A program made the position numbers and the translations under genes. From Takakia lepidozioides (lineage: Eukaryota > Plantae > Bryophyta), in contig CM060734.1 of NCBI GenBank assembly GCA_030704615.1, positions 55,800,001 through 55,864,000 on the forward strand: a DNA stretch of 64,000 nucleotides, in the 5' to 3' direction. Below are positions 63,656 to 64,000 of this stretch, piece by piece (the first letter of the stretch is position 1; each line of letters opens with the position of its first letter). A model generated the notes under the pieces. It ran no database searches. It was not told where the DNA came from and worked only from the letters and a program-made list of their open reading frames with translations.

Positions 63656-64000
63656 TCACTTCTGGATGAGCATTGGGCGCATCATGATATTGTCTTCGTG
63701 ATCGAGAAGGTGGCAATGCCACATGTAGCCAGGCAGTAGTAGTTGGATCGAACGGGAACGGACCTCCATCTTGTGATGTGAAGCGAATGAGAAACCTGGT
63801 CACGTTTCCAGGCCAGGCCATTGCAGTATCCTTCCACCCCAAGGAGTCATCGTCTGGGGGCCTCACCGGCCCAATGTAGCAACTGCTGTTGGTGTTCACA
63901 TCAGAGGAGTTGTTCAAAACGCAGGTCTTGTTGAGGAACGAGGTTACGTTGTAAGATTGCTGGTTAAGGATTTGGAATCTGACGAGATGTATGTGGATGG
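63656..64000 (-). pseudogene. Second LPR-like multicopper oxidase copy (3' part only, runs off the window), frameshifted near 63734
   Basis: Matches 27745-28089 with 3 substitutions and one indel. GCCAGGCTCAGTAGT in copy 1 reads GCCAGGCAGTAGTAGT in copy 2 (net +1 nt), which throws WHCH...H...M out of frame. Confidence 0.8.

Overview
This is eukaryotic plant nuclear DNA with GT-AG introns. PLS-class PPR debris and the gene content suggest a non-seed land plant, which is an inference. The left half holds three intact spliced genes: formate--tetrahydrofolate ligase (+, 5 exons, 7153-11317, 633 aa); a convergent uncharacterised SMI1/KNR4(SUKH)-like protein (-, 2 exons, 15224-13037, 622 aa); and an LPR1/CotA-type multicopper oxidase (-, 3 exons, 30203-27745, 596 aa). 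A near-identical second oxidase copy enters at the right edge and is frameshifted just before its last copper motif. The two copies look like a tandem duplication of a ~9 kb unit. The second unit was inflated by ~26 kb of nested transposons (37.3-63.1 kb): split Copia, CACTA elements, a hAT fragment, chromoviral Gypsy pieces, an LTR pair and PPR fragments. The most unusual object lies inside this nest: a spliced gene (47963-49754) joining a CACTA 'transposase-associated'-like Cys/His motif, a duplicated Pro/Ser linker and a divergent SET domain, broken only by 1-nt indels in homopolymer runs. All calls come from reading by eye; no searches were run.
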